A stretch of 64,000 bases of DNA from Longimicrobiales bacterium (GTDB taxonomy: Bacteria > Gemmatimonadota > Gemmatimonadetes > Longimicrobiales > Gaopeijiaceae), in contig CBDFMQ010000002.1 in NCBI GenBank assembly GCA_965249725.1, forward strand, positions 384,001 to 448,000. The letters run 5' to 3'. Positions 27,436 to 37,734 of the stretch are shown in pieces. The notes beneath the pieces are model-generated. The model was not told where the DNA came from. It saw nothing but the letters and a program-made list of their open reading frames with translations, and searched no databases. The stretch's first letter is position 1. Each line of letters begins with the position of its first letter. The translations under genes and the position numbers were made by a program.

Positions 27436-29158
27436 GCTCCATTCTCGCCGTACTGACTGGTTTGCTCCTGGCGGCCGGTGATCCTGTCACCGCCGTGAGC
27501 ATCGTGCCGAACCTCACACGCACCGAAGTTCTGGTGTCTGTGGAGGGTGCGGTGTCGTATCGGGCGTTCAACATGGAAGGCCCGTCACGCATCGTGTTGG
27601 ATCTCATCAATGCCCAGCACGCCCTACCACAGAAGGATTTCCTGGGGATCAACCGGGGTGGCGTGGTGGCGGTTCGCACCAGCCAATACGCCGAGGACAT
27701 CGTGCGCGTGGTGGTGGAGCTCGAGCGAACGACGGCGTATCTCGTCGAGAGTACCGACGGTACCGTTCGAATCTCGATCGAGAATACCTCCGGGGCTCTC
27801 AATTTCGACCCATGGGAGACGCAGGAGATGTTCTCCTCTCCCGCCCTGCTCGTGGATCCGGCCCCGGTGATTCCGGACGCCGTACCGACCGTGCAGCAGG
27901 CTTCGCGCCGGATTTCGATTTCATTCGACGCCACACCGATTCAGGATGTGCTGTTCACATTCTCAGAGGTCTCGGGCAAGTCGATCGTGCCCGGAGACGC
28001 CGTTGTCGGAACGGTCACGGCTGACATCAGAGACCAGGCCTGGGACGACGCTTTGGAGGTCATTCTCGCCTCGCGAGGACTCATCGGCATCGAGGATGCC
28101 AACGGCATCATTCGGGTTGCCGGAATCGAGAACCTGAATCAGAGGGAGGCCGTCGAGCCTCTGCTGACCGTCCCGTACCGGATCAGCTACGGAACGTCGT
28201 CTGAAATGGCTTTGGCCACGGCCCAGCTCATCAGCGAGCGGGGCCAGGTCGCGGAGGCCCCCGGCACGAACACGGTCATCGTGACCGACATTCAGCGGGT
28301 TCACGACGCCATCAGCGGCCTGATTGCGAGTCTGGACATACCCACGCCGCAGGTCATGATCTCCGCGAAGATCATCTTCGTGAACCGGACCGACCTGTCA
28401 GAGCTCGGGGTGACCTACGAGCTGAAGGACTCGCAGGGGAATCAACTCAACGTTGTCGCCCCCGGATTCGCCGACCTCGATGGTGACGGTGAGGGTGAGG
28501 CGGTCGATATCGGCACGAACGTGTTCACGCTGGGGGGCAATTCGGTTGCCGCCCTCGGCAACGCGGGTGCCCGCATCGCCGCTCCGAGCTTGCGACTGCT
28601 CACCTCCTTGGTGATGGGGCGTCATACACTGGTCAACTTCATCGAGGCTCTCGAGTCGTCGAACCTCTCTGACATTCAAGCAGCACCCTCGGTGACGGTT
28701 GCCGACAACCAGCAGGCTTGCTTGCAGGTCGGTGAGCGGACCCCGATTCGGGTCATCGACGCGGCGGCCGGTGGAGCAGCGGGAGGTGGGTTCCCCACAG
28801 CCAACGTCTCGTTCGAGGAAACGGGGATCATCCTCGAGGCCACGCCCCACATTACCGGTGGCGATCACGTTCTCTTGACGATCCATGCCGAGCGTTCGGC
28901 CGCCGACGTGGCCGAATCCGACATCGGTCTGATTTTCCGGACGCAGAACGCCGACACGAGAGTCCTCGTCCGGGATGGCGAGACCGTTGTCATCGGGGGA
29001 CTCACGGTGACCGAGCTCCAAGAGATCCGGTCTGGAATTCCGCTCCTCATGAATTTGCCCCTTATCGGTGGCCTGTTCCGTACACACACGGAATCACAGG
29101 TCCAGCGGGACCAATGATCTTGGTGACGCCGCACATCGTTCGCGGAGACTTCAACTAG
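27432..29158 (+). CDS. pilQ: Type IV pilus secretin PilQ with AMIN domain; apparent frameshift near 29112
   Basis: AMIN (PSRIVLDL, VRVVVEL), PQVMISAKI, GIILEATPHI, DGETVVIGGL, IPLL..LPLIGGLFR. The ORF stops at 29117, but MILVTPHIVRGDFN* continues in another frame to 29158. Confidence 0.9.
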
Positions 29159-29182
29159 CCTCGCGTGCGAGGGAGACGTCTG

Positions 29183-31915
29183 ATGCTTCGGCTACGAACA
29201 AATAAGAGTGTGAAGGGCCTCCTCGGAGGGCTGACCGCCGGTCTATTGATGCTGGCATGCGACGGCCAGAACCTGTTCGTGGGCCCGCCTCTGCTCGACC
29301 AGCAGACGGACCGCGGAGCCCCCACCGTGATCATCATGACCCCGGGCGACTCCGCGGCATCGCCGCTAGGCGACTCGGTGCTGGTCACGGCACACGCTAC
29401 GGACGATGCCGGTCTGGCAAGCCTCCAGTTCGACGGACTTTCCTTCAGGGGAGACGCGAACTTGGGCACGGACGAAATCGTACCGCGGTTCGAGACCAAG
29501 GTCGTTCAGTTTCAGGAGCCGGTCGAAGACACCATCATCAGCCGTTGGCTGATTCCCGTAGCGGATACTCTCAAGGAAGAGACGAACCTGATCGTTACGG
29601 CCGTCGACGCGTTGGGCAACTCGTCCTCGGATACGATCCCACTCACATTGGGCGGGCCGGAAGTCGACCTCGAGGATCTCGTCGGCTTGGTACCAGCGGG
29701 GGCCAACCTACCCTTGAACGTGCGTGCAGCGGATCCGCTCGGGGTCCGGTTGATCGAACTGTTCGTGACGGGAGCGGTCGAGGCGACCATCAGTGTACCG
29801 ATCGTACCGGTCGACACGGTGGCGGTGCTGGACACGTTGGTCTTCATTCCGCCTGGAGTCACGGGCACGATCGACGTGCGGGCGAGAGCCTTCAACACCC
29901 TCAGCGTGCCGGGCAGTGACGGTCCGTTCGAGGTAGAGATCGTCATCGGTGGCACCGGCGATACCATTCCGCCGGGTGCTCAGGTGACGGTGACTCACGA
30001 TGACCGCTTGGAGCTGCAGGACTTTGTCACGGTGCAGGTAAAGGCCCGGGACGACGTCCTCGGAGATGGCGTCACGGAGATCGGGTACACGGCACTCGCC
30101 ATCTCGGCGACACGCTCTGACACCGTGATCCGGACTGAGAGCGTCACGTTTGCCACGCCTCGCGTAGGAAACTCGACGCAGACATTCCAGGTGCCGGTGT
30201 TCAATGCCGATTCCCTGGCGCTACCGGACACATTGATCTTCGAGTTGACCGGCTTCGTAAGGGACCAGCAGTCCAATTGTGCGACTTCAGTGGGCCTCGA
30301 CTCACTGGTCAGTCTGGGCTGCGGCACGCTGGGTGGTGCCACCGTCTCGCAGGACAATCCGGGGAACCGGACCACCGCGGTCATCGTGGCCGGCCGGACG
30401 GTACAGCTGCCGAGCGGTGGCCAGATCATGGACGCCGTCGTCGATACGGTTCGCAGAAAGCTCTACATGTCGAATATCGACGAAGGCCGGATCGAGATCT
30501 TCCGGCTTCAGGACGAGGCCTTCGAGCAGGCTGCGGCCGTGGGATCGGAGCCTTGGGGGCTCACGCTCAATCGAGTGGGTGACACCCTGATGGTGGCCAA
30601 TTCGGGTGGCACCAACATCTCTATGGTGCGGTTGGGCGCGACGGACGGTAGCGACACACCGCTCGAGGATCCGCTCACGCGCCTGCTCACACCCGACGTG
30701 GTCCTGTTCGACGTCGAAACTATTCTCGACGACGCGGGGGTCATCCGGTACAACGTCTTCTTCACCCCGGATGGTGAAGCGCCGGGATTCACTGATCGGC
30801 CGCAATTCGTGGCGGTGGACTCCACGGGCCGGATCCTCTACTCGACCAAGACGACCCTTCCTCTCGGCGACTTCGGTACCATTCGGAAGGCTGCCGTGCC
30901 GGCGGGTGGTGGAAATGTCGAGGTCAAGATGTTCGTCGAACACGCGGCGATGACCGAGAATCCGGACTTCACCGGGATCGCCCATGCGGATCTGGTCTTC
31001 AGGTCTGCCGGGGGCGCCATCACTGCCGACCAGGTGGGCGTCGTCGACCACACTCCGGGCGACTTCTTCGGCCCCCCACTCATCGCGACCGACTCCACGG
31101 CATCACTGGCTGCGGCTGCGAACGTCGTGCTGGGTGGCGACCCGATCGCCCGAGGGGGACGCTGGAGCGTCCCGGCCCTCGGTTTCCGTGACACGACCTT
31201 CGTGTCGGCGTCTGGTGACGGCGGGTGGGTCGTCTTCGGGGAAGGCTCCCGGGATCCGGTTGGTAGGATCATCATGTATGAGGCGGCGACGGATCAGATC
31301 AGCTCCGCGATCCAGGTCTTCGACGACATGATTAACGCGGGTGAGACCGTGCGCGGTATCGGCCTAAACTACGACGGCACGCAGGGTGTAGCGCGTGGTG
31401 GGGACGCATACTTCTTCACGACGGACCTGCGTCTACAGGGTGTCGGGGATCTCCCGGCCGGAGGAGCCGGGGCCGTATTGCACCCGCTCCACGCGAATGC
31501 CAAGTCCCTTCAGAACAACAGCGGCGTGTATCATCCCGACACGCATGTCGCATTCCTGGGCACCGGCGATCGCACGCTCGACATCATCGACACGTTCCAC
31601 TTCTTCCGTTCGGGACGGATCTTCATCAAGGACGTTCCGGCTGGACCGCTCAAAGCGGTACTGCCGTTCCCGGAGGACAACGCGAACTTCACCTGCACTA
31701 TGACATCCGTCACAGACCAGGCGGGCAACACCATCGGTAGTGCGGTCGAGGTCTACTCGGGCGGTGACTTCAACAGTCCGCACCCGGCCAGTGGCGGACC
31801 CACCGAGGATTCATGCATCGTCGTGAAGCTGGTGGGTATCACTGATGCGGGCGGAGTGGTGGTGGTCGACGTTCGGAAGAGCGACCTGCTAAGGGACCAT
31901 CCGGCGAGAAACTAG
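29183..31915 (+). CDS. Large lipoprotein with Ig-like N-terminal domains and a beta-propeller-like C-terminal half
   Basis: Lipobox LMLA|C; Ig-like strands (PTVIIMTP, VTAHATDDAGL, VTAVDALGN, DTIPP); YVTN/YncE-like blade motifs (LYMSN, VGSEPWGLTL, LMVANSGGTNIS). Confidence 0.7.
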   Translation: MLRLRTNKSVKGLLGGLTAGLLMLACDGQNLFVGPPLLDQQTDRGAPTVIIMTPGDSAASPLGDSVLVTAHATDDAGLASLQFDGLSFRGDANLGTDEIVPRFETKVVQFQEPVEDTIISRWLIPVADTLKEETNLIVTAVDALGNSSSDTIPLTLGGPEVDLEDLVGLVPAGANLPLNVRAADPLGVRLIELFVTGAVEATISVPIVPVDTVAVLDTLVFIPPGVTGTIDVRARAFNTLSVPGSDGPFEVEIVIGGTGDTIPPGAQVTVTHDDRLELQDFVTVQVKARDDVLGDGVTEIGYTALAISATRSDTVIRTESVTFATPRVGNSTQTFQVPVFNADSLALPDTLIFELTGFVRDQQSNCATSVGLDSLVSLGCGTLGGATVSQDNPGNRTTAVIVAGRTVQLPSGGQIMDAVVDTVRRKLYMSNIDEGRIEIFRLQDEAFEQAAAVGSEPWGLTLNRVGDTLMVANSGGTNISMVRLGATDGSDTPLEDPLTRLLTPDVVLFDVETILDDAGVIRYNVFFTPDGEAPGFTDRPQFVAVDSTGRILYSTKTTLPLGDFGTIRKAAVPAGGGNVEVKMFVEHAAMTENPDFTGIAHADLVFRSAGGAITADQVGVVDHTPGDFFGPPLIATDSTASLAAAANVVLGGDPIARGGRWSVPALGFRDTTFVSASGDGGWVVFGEGSRDPVGRIIMYEAATDQISSAIQVFDDMINAGETVRGIGLNYDGTQGVARGGDAYFFTTDLRLQGVGDLPAGGAGAVLHPLHANAKSLQNNSGVYHPDTHVAFLGTGDRTLDIIDTFHFFRSGRIFIKDVPAGPLKAVLPFPEDNANFTCTMTSVTDQAGNTIGSAVEVYSGGDFNSPHPASGGPTEDSCIVVKLVGITDAGGVVVVDVRKSDLLRDHPARN

Positions 31916-31969
31916 CCGGACCCTTCATTGCAGGAGTAGGAACCGTAGGAACCGGTGGTTGGTTGGAAG

Positions 31970-32020
31970 CCCCGGTGGGTGAAGCCCCTATGGGTAGACG
32001 CCCACCGGGGTTTCCCTTTA
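31970..32020 (+). terminator. Probable intrinsic terminator
   Basis: CCCCGGTGGGTG pairs with CGCCCACCGGGG and is followed by TTTCCCTTTA. Confidence 0.6.
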
Positions 32021-32080
32021 TCGTTGCCACGCCATGGCGGGCGGGGCTCCGGATTTCATGACTCTGTAGGAGCAGACTAG

Positions 32081-33289
32081 ATGAGGCGGGTGTCGTTTCG
32101 CACAGCGGGAGAGTCCCACGGACGTGGACTGACCGCACTTCTGGAGGGGATCCCCGCGGGGCTCTCCCTACAGATGGAGCGCGATGTCGACCCCGATCTC
32201 AAGCGGCGCCAGGGTGGGTACGGTCGTGGCCGTCGAATGGAGATCGAGTCGGACCGCGCCGAGCTTCTTTCGGGTGTCCGCCTCGGTGAGACGTTGGGGT
32301 CTCCAATCTCGATGATCATCTGGAATCGGGACTGGGAGAACTGGGAGGAGGCGATGTCCGCGTTGCCCCCCGACCCCGACGGCAATCCGAAGGCCTTACG
32401 CTCGCTCTACCTGCCTCGGCCCGGACATGCGGACCTGGTGGGCCTCCTGAAGTACGATCGACGTGACACGCGAGATATTCTCGAACGTGCCAGCGCGCGG
32501 GAGACTGCGGCCCGGGTGGCTTGTGGAGCCGTGTGCAAGACCCTGTTGGCGGAGTTCGGTGTCAGCATCGGAAGCCACGTCACGTCCATCGGGTCCATCG
32601 AGGCGGAGGTGCCCTCGGAGTTGCCCGACGATCTCAACGGAGCCGTCGATCCGTCACCTCTGCGGACCCTCGATGATGAGGCCTCGGCCCGCATGATCGA
32701 GAGCATCGATCAGGCCAAGGAGGATGGCGACACACTCGGCGGCATCTTCGAGGTCGTTGCCAGAGGCCTGCCTGCCGGCCTCGGGAGCTACGTCTCGTAC
32801 GACACGAAGCTCGACGGACGTCTGGCAGGTGCGGTCATGTCCATCCAGGCCATCAAGGGTGTCGAGATCGGCGCGGGGTTCGAGGGAGCCCGGCGCCCCG
32901 GCTCGAGGGTTCACGACCCGATCGTCGCGGATGCGGACGCCGATCGCGCCGGTGGCATCGGTCGCGCCTCGAATCGTGCCGGCGGCCTCGAGGGGGGCGT
33001 CACGACGGGAGGGCCACTCGTGGTCCGTGCGGCCATGAAGCCGATCTCTACCCTGCGGAAGCGCCTCCCCAGCGTGGACATGCGAGACGGATCCGCGGCC
33101 GATGCCGCTGTGGAGCGGAGTGACGTCTGTGCGGTCCCGGCTGCGGCGATCGTGGGAGAGGCCATGGTGGCACTGGTCCTGGCCGACGCGTTCCTCGAGA
33201 AGTTCGGAGGAGACGCGATGAGCGAGACCCGCCGGAACTTCGATTCCTACATCGCACACCTGAGCGAGCGCGGGTACGGTGTCCGGTGA
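32081..33289 (+). CDS. aroC: Chorismate synthase
   Basis: TAGESHG, RRQGGYGRG, PRPGHADL, ERASARETA, NRAGGLEGG, MKPISTL, ERSDVC. Confidence 0.97.
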   Translation: MRRVSFRTAGESHGRGLTALLEGIPAGLSLQMERDVDPDLKRRQGGYGRGRRMEIESDRAELLSGVRLGETLGSPISMIIWNRDWENWEEAMSALPPDPDGNPKALRSLYLPRPGHADLVGLLKYDRRDTRDILERASARETAARVACGAVCKTLLAEFGVSIGSHVTSIGSIEAEVPSELPDDLNGAVDPSPLRTLDDEASARMIESIDQAKEDGDTLGGIFEVVARGLPAGLGSYVSYDTKLDGRLAGAVMSIQAIKGVEIGAGFEGARRPGSRVHDPIVADADADRAGGIGRASNRAGGLEGGVTTGGPLVVRAAMKPISTLRKRLPSVDMRDGSAADAAVERSDVCAVPAAAIVGEAMVALVLADAFLEKFGGDAMSETRRNFDSYIAHLSERGYGVR

Positions 33290-33815
33290 GACGCCCTGCC
33301 GCGTGCTGCTGGTCGGCTTCATGGCCAGTGGGAAGACCAGTGTGGGAAGGGAATTGGCGGACTTGCTCGGGTGGGAGTTCCATGACTTCGACGCCGTGGT
33401 GGAAGAGAGGCTCGGCGTAACCGTCTCCGAGATCTTCCGTACTCAGGGCGAGAAGTACTTCCGGCGCATCGAGGCCGAAGTGGCCTCTGGGTTGCTTACA
33501 AACGAGCAGGTCGTGTTGGCGACAGGGGGCGGGTGGCCCGCCCAGCCGGGAAGCTGGGAGGCGGTGCCCGACGGCACGCTGAGCGTCTGGCTGCGTGTAT
33601 CGCCGGGGGTTGCGGTTCGGCGCGCATCAGGCGAGGGTCCGGTTCGGCCGCTCCTGGCGGGTGAACGCCCTCTGGACCGCGCTGTGGAGTTGATCAAGCA
33701 GCGTGAGACCTCCTACGGGAGGGCGACGGTTGCCCTCGATTCCGATGAGGATGACCCGGCCGCGTTGGCCGCGGCCATCACCGAGATCATTCGCAGTGAA
33801 TCCAACCGAGCATAG
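33279..33815 (+). CDS. aroK: Shikimate kinase
   Basis: LVGFMASGKTSVG, GEKYFRRIE, ATGGG, RPLL. Confidence 0.95.
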   Translation: MSGETPCRVLLVGFMASGKTSVGRELADLLGWEFHDFDAVVEERLGVTVSEIFRTQGEKYFRRIEAEVASGLLTNEQVVLATGGGWPAQPGSWEAVPDGTLSVWLRVSPGVAVRRASGEGPVRPLLAGERPLDRAVELIKQRETSYGRATVALDSDEDDPAALAAAITEIIRSESNRA

Positions 33816-36302
33816 ATGACGACAGCGAACAAAAAGAAGAGCCTGGTCATCGTCGAGTCGCCCGCAAAGGCGAGGACGATCGGCCGTTACCTGGGCAGCG
33901 GCTACGAAGTCGCGGCCTCGGTCGGACATGTACGAGACTTGCCGAAAAAGGAGTTGGGGGTCGACGTGGAGGGCGGCTTCGAGCCGCAGTACGTCACGAT
34001 CCGCGGCAAGGGCAAGATCATCAAAGAGCTCCAGGGCAAGGCCAAGAAGGCGGACAGCATCATACTCGCCACCGACCCGGATCGAGAGGGTGAGGCGATC
34101 GCCTATCATGTGGCGCATCAGCTCGGCTTCGACGGCAACGAGGACCGCTTTCAGCGTGTGACCTTCCGGGAGATCACCAAGGGCGCCGTACAGCGGGCCC
34201 TGGAGACCCCTGAGCCGCTCGATATGGGCAAGGTCGAGGCCCAGCAGGCCCGGCGGATTCTCGACCGCCTGGTGGGCTATCAGGTCAGTCCGTTCCTTTG
34301 GCAGCCGATCCGTCCTGGCCTTTCGGCCGGGCGCGTCCAGACCGTCGCCCTCAGAATGATCTGTGAGCGCGAGGACGAGATCAACGCGTTCGTGACCGAA
34401 GAGTATTGGTCGATTACGGCTCGGCTGCAGAAGGACGACCAAGCGTTCGAGGCCAAACTGCAGAAGATCGACGGCAAGGCGTTCCACCTCGGCGACGAGG
34501 CATCCGCCCAGAGTGTGGTCGACGAGGTGGGGAGTCTCGACTTCCGCGTCGGTGATGTGAAACGCCGTGAGCGCCGGAAGAACCCCGCGGCTCCCTTCAC
34601 AACCTCGACGCTCCAGCAGGAGGCCGCCAAGCGGCTCGGGTTCTCGGCGAAGCGGACCATGAGCAATGCCCAGAGATTGTATGAGGGAGTGGAGATCGGG
34701 AGCGGGGGCGCCGTGGGGCTGATCACCTATATGCGGACGGACTCCACGCGGGTGTCAGGTGAGGCCGTCGGTCAGGCGCGCGACTGGGTGACCAACGAAT
34801 TCGGCGAGGATTACGTTCCCGCCTCTCCCCGGTTGTGGGGCGGTAAACAAGCGAAGGCCGCACAGGACGCACACGAGGCCATCCGGCCGACCGACGTCTC
34901 GCTGCATCCCGACGATATGCGCGCCTTCCTGGACCATGATACGGCTCGTCTCTACGAGGTGATTTGGCTGCGCTTCGTCGCTAGCCAGATGTCACCCGCA
35001 GTCCACGATACGACGACGGTCGACTTCCCCCTGAAAGGGGGGAGCGGGCGCGGATATCTGTTCCGGTCCACCGGGTCTATCGTGAAGTTCCAGGGCTTCA
35101 CCCGGCTCTACCTCGAGGCGACGGAAGCAGGCGAACACCGGCGGCTGGATGACCTGGAGCCGCTGCCGGACCTGAGCGTGGGTGATCAGGCGGCGCTCGA
35201 CGGAATCGATCCCAAGCAACACTTCACACAGCCCCCGCCGCGCTTCAGTGAAGCGTCCCTTGTACGGGACATGGAGAAGCTGGGCATCGGCCGCCCCTCC
35301 ACGTACGCGCAGATCATCTCCACGATCCAGGACCGTGGGTATGTGGATCTGGAAGAACGGCGATTCCACCCCACGCCACTCGGTGACACCGTGTCGAAGC
35401 TGTTGGTTCGGGTATTCCCGAACATCTTCGACGTCGACTTCACGAACCGCATGGAAAACGAGCTGGACCGCGTGGAAGAGGGTGAGCTCAAGTGGCAGAA
35501 GTTGCTTGCAGATTTCTACCCCCCCTTCAAGGGCCAACTCGAACAGGGCGAGGCCCGCTCCGAGGAGATCATCAAGGAACTCCTCTCGGCCGAGGGCGAA
35601 ACGTGTGACCTGTGTCAGAGCCCGATGCAGGTGCGCTGGAACCGTTTCGGTCGTTTTCTCGGGTGCTCGGCCTATCCCGACTGTAAGGGTACTCGCCCGC
35701 TGGACGGACAGGCCGAGGAGATCGTGCTCGGGAAGGACGAAGCGACGGGGCAGGATGTCTACGCCAAGGTGGGCCCCTACGGCCCCTATGTGCAGTTGGG
35801 TGATGGAGAAGACGGCAAGAAGCCGAAGCGCTCGAGCCTTCCCAAGGACAAGAAGCTGGAAGACGTGGATCTGGCCGAGGCCCTGCTCCTGCTTTCGCTG
35901 CCTCGGACGATCGGAGTCGACCCGGAGTCGGGCGAAGAGGTCGTTGCCGGTCTCGGTCGTTTCGGTCCGTTCGTTCGCAGAGCCAAGACCTTCGCCAGCT
36001 TGGCCACCCACGACGACATGTTCACGGTGAGTATCGAAGAGGCTGTTCGGCTCCTGAACGAGAAGAAGGCAGGCCGCTCCGTGCTGCGGGAGTTGGGCGC
36101 TCACCCCGAATCGGGCGTCGATCTACAGATCCTCTCTGGGCGCTACGGCCCTTACGTCACCGATGGCAAGGTCAACGCGAGCCTCAAGAAGGGCACCGAG
36201 CCAGAGGACCTGACCATGGACGACGCCGTCGAGCTGCTGGTTCAGGCGGCTGCTCGGAAGAAGGCCGGTGGTGGCCGTGGACACGGTCGCAAGAAGAAGT
36301 AG
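33816..36302 (+). CDS. topA: DNA topoisomerase I (type IA)
   Basis: IVESPAKA, ATDPDREGE, SAGRVQ, LITYMRTDS, AHEAIRPT, GIGRPSTY; C-terminal zinc ribbon and GxYGPY repeats. Confidence 0.97.
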   Translation: MTTANKKKSLVIVESPAKARTIGRYLGSGYEVAASVGHVRDLPKKELGVDVEGGFEPQYVTIRGKGKIIKELQGKAKKADSIILATDPDREGEAIAYHVAHQLGFDGNEDRFQRVTFREITKGAVQRALETPEPLDMGKVEAQQARRILDRLVGYQVSPFLWQPIRPGLSAGRVQTVALRMICEREDEINAFVTEEYWSITARLQKDDQAFEAKLQKIDGKAFHLGDEASAQSVVDEVGSLDFRVGDVKRRERRKNPAAPFTTSTLQQEAAKRLGFSAKRTMSNAQRLYEGVEIGSGGAVGLITYMRTDSTRVSGEAVGQARDWVTNEFGEDYVPASPRLWGGKQAKAAQDAHEAIRPTDVSLHPDDMRAFLDHDTARLYEVIWLRFVASQMSPAVHDTTTVDFPLKGGSGRGYLFRSTGSIVKFQGFTRLYLEATEAGEHRRLDDLEPLPDLSVGDQAALDGIDPKQHFTQPPPRFSEASLVRDMEKLGIGRPSTYAQIISTIQDRGYVDLEERRFHPTPLGDTVSKLLVRVFPNIFDVDFTNRMENELDRVEEGELKWQKLLADFYPPFKGQLEQGEARSEEIIKELLSAEGETCDLCQSPMQVRWNRFGRFLGCSAYPDCKGTRPLDGQAEEIVLGKDEATGQDVYAKVGPYGPYVQLGDGEDGKKPKRSSLPKDKKLEDVDLAEALLLLSLPRTIGVDPESGEEVVAGLGRFGPFVRRAKTFASLATHDDMFTVSIEEAVRLLNEKKAGRSVLRELGAHPESGVDLQILSGRYGPYVTDGKVNASLKKGTEPEDLTMDDAVELLVQAAARKKAGGGRGHGRKKK

Positions 36303-36332
36303 CCGGCTGGGAGCCGGGAGCGGATCAGAACG

Positions 36333-37673
36333 GTGACGGACCGAGTCGTCGTAGTGGGAGGTGGGCTGGCCGGCTGTGAGGCCGCGCTGCAGCTCGCTAG
36401 CAGGGGACACCCCGTCACCCTGCGTGAGATGCGACCGGTACGGAAGACCGAGGCGCACCAGAGCGATCACCTCGGCGAGCTCGTCTGCACGAACTCCTTC
36501 AAGAGCGAGAGCCCCGAGAATGCGCACGGGCAGCTCAAGAGGGAGATGCGCGCCCTAGGCTCCGTGCTCCTCGATTCCGCCGACGCCACCAGCGTGCCTG
36601 CCGGCTCGGCCCTGGCGGTGGATCGTGTGCTCTTCGCCGAAGCCATGACCCAGGCGGTCACGTCCCATCCGGACATCGAATTGGTGAGGGAAGAGAGCAC
36701 GGAACTGCCTGAGGGACCCGCCGTGATCGCGACCGGACCCCTGACCTCCGATGCCTTGGGCGAGTCCATCCGGGGCGCACTAGGAGATGACGGGCTCGCC
36801 TTCTACGACGCCATCGCACCGATCGTTCATCGTGATTCCTTGGACGACAGCATCGTCTTCGAAGCCGGCCGATTCGACGAGGACAGCGACTACATCAACT
36901 GCCCCATGTCCAAGGAGGAGTACGAGGTCTTCATTCAGGCGCTCATCGAAGGGGACATCCACGACGGACACGACTGGGATGCCGTCCCCTACTTCGAGGG
37001 CTGCCTTCCCATCGAGGTGATGGCGTCCCGAGGTGTGGACACGCTCCGATTCGGACCGATGAAGCCGATCGGACTCACCGATCCCAGGACCGGTATGCGT
37101 CCCTGGGCGGTGGTGCAATTACGGCGCGAGGACCGGGCGGGACAGATGTGGAACCTGGTGGGCTTTCAGACCCGGCTCCGGGTGGGAGCGCAACGGGACG
37201 TTTTTCAGCGTATCCCGGGACTGGCCGATTGCGAGTTCCTGCGCTGGGGGTCCATCCACCGGAACTCCTATCTCAACTTTCCCGGATGCCTCACGACGTA
37301 TGGATCGCTTCAGGACCGGCCGGATGTGATCTTCGCCGGGCAGCTCACCGGAGTGGAGGGGTACACCGAGTCCGCCGCCAGCGGCATTCTGGCGGGGATC
37401 AACCTGTGCAGGCTTCTCTCCGGCGAGGAGGCGGCCGTGCCTCCGCCCACGACCATGCTCGGAGGTCTGTTTCGGTACCTGCGCGACAGCAAGCCGTCGC
37501 GCTTTCAGCCGATGAACTCCAACTGGGGTCTTGTGGATCCTCTGAACGAGCGCGTGAAGGACAAGAAAGTGAAGCGGGTGGAGCTCGCGAAGCGGGCCGC
37601 CTCGGACTTCACGGCGTGGATGGAGGCCAACGGCATCACGAGGCGATCCGCCGCCGTGGCCTCCGCCGGATGA
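36333..37673 (+). CDS. trmFO: Folate-dependent tRNA (uracil-5)-methyltransferase TrmFO
   Basis: GGGLAGCEAA, ELVCTNSF, FEGCLPIE, FGPMKPIGL, NLVGFQT, FAGQLTGVEGY. Confidence 0.96.
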   Translation: MTDRVVVVGGGLAGCEAALQLASRGHPVTLREMRPVRKTEAHQSDHLGELVCTNSFKSESPENAHGQLKREMRALGSVLLDSADATSVPAGSALAVDRVLFAEAMTQAVTSHPDIELVREESTELPEGPAVIATGPLTSDALGESIRGALGDDGLAFYDAIAPIVHRDSLDDSIVFEAGRFDEDSDYINCPMSKEEYEVFIQALIEGDIHDGHDWDAVPYFEGCLPIEVMASRGVDTLRFGPMKPIGLTDPRTGMRPWAVVQLRREDRAGQMWNLVGFQTRLRVGAQRDVFQRIPGLADCEFLRWGSIHRNSYLNFPGCLTTYGSLQDRPDVIFAGQLTGVEGYTESAASGILAGINLCRLLSGEEAAVPPPTTMLGGLFRYLRDSKPSRFQPMNSNWGLVDPLNERVKDKKVKRVELAKRAASDFTAWMEANGITRRSAAVASAG

Positions 37674-37734
37674 TCCGATCGGATGACCGGACCGAATGAC
37701 CGGACCGGATGACGCGATGGGTGACACGATGGGT
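37668..37734. repeat. Short degenerate tandem repeats at the trmFO-xerC junction
   Basis: GGATGATCCGATC GGATGACCGGACC GAATGACCGGACC GGATGAC, followed by GCGATGGGTGAC ACGATGGGT. Confidence 0.65.
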
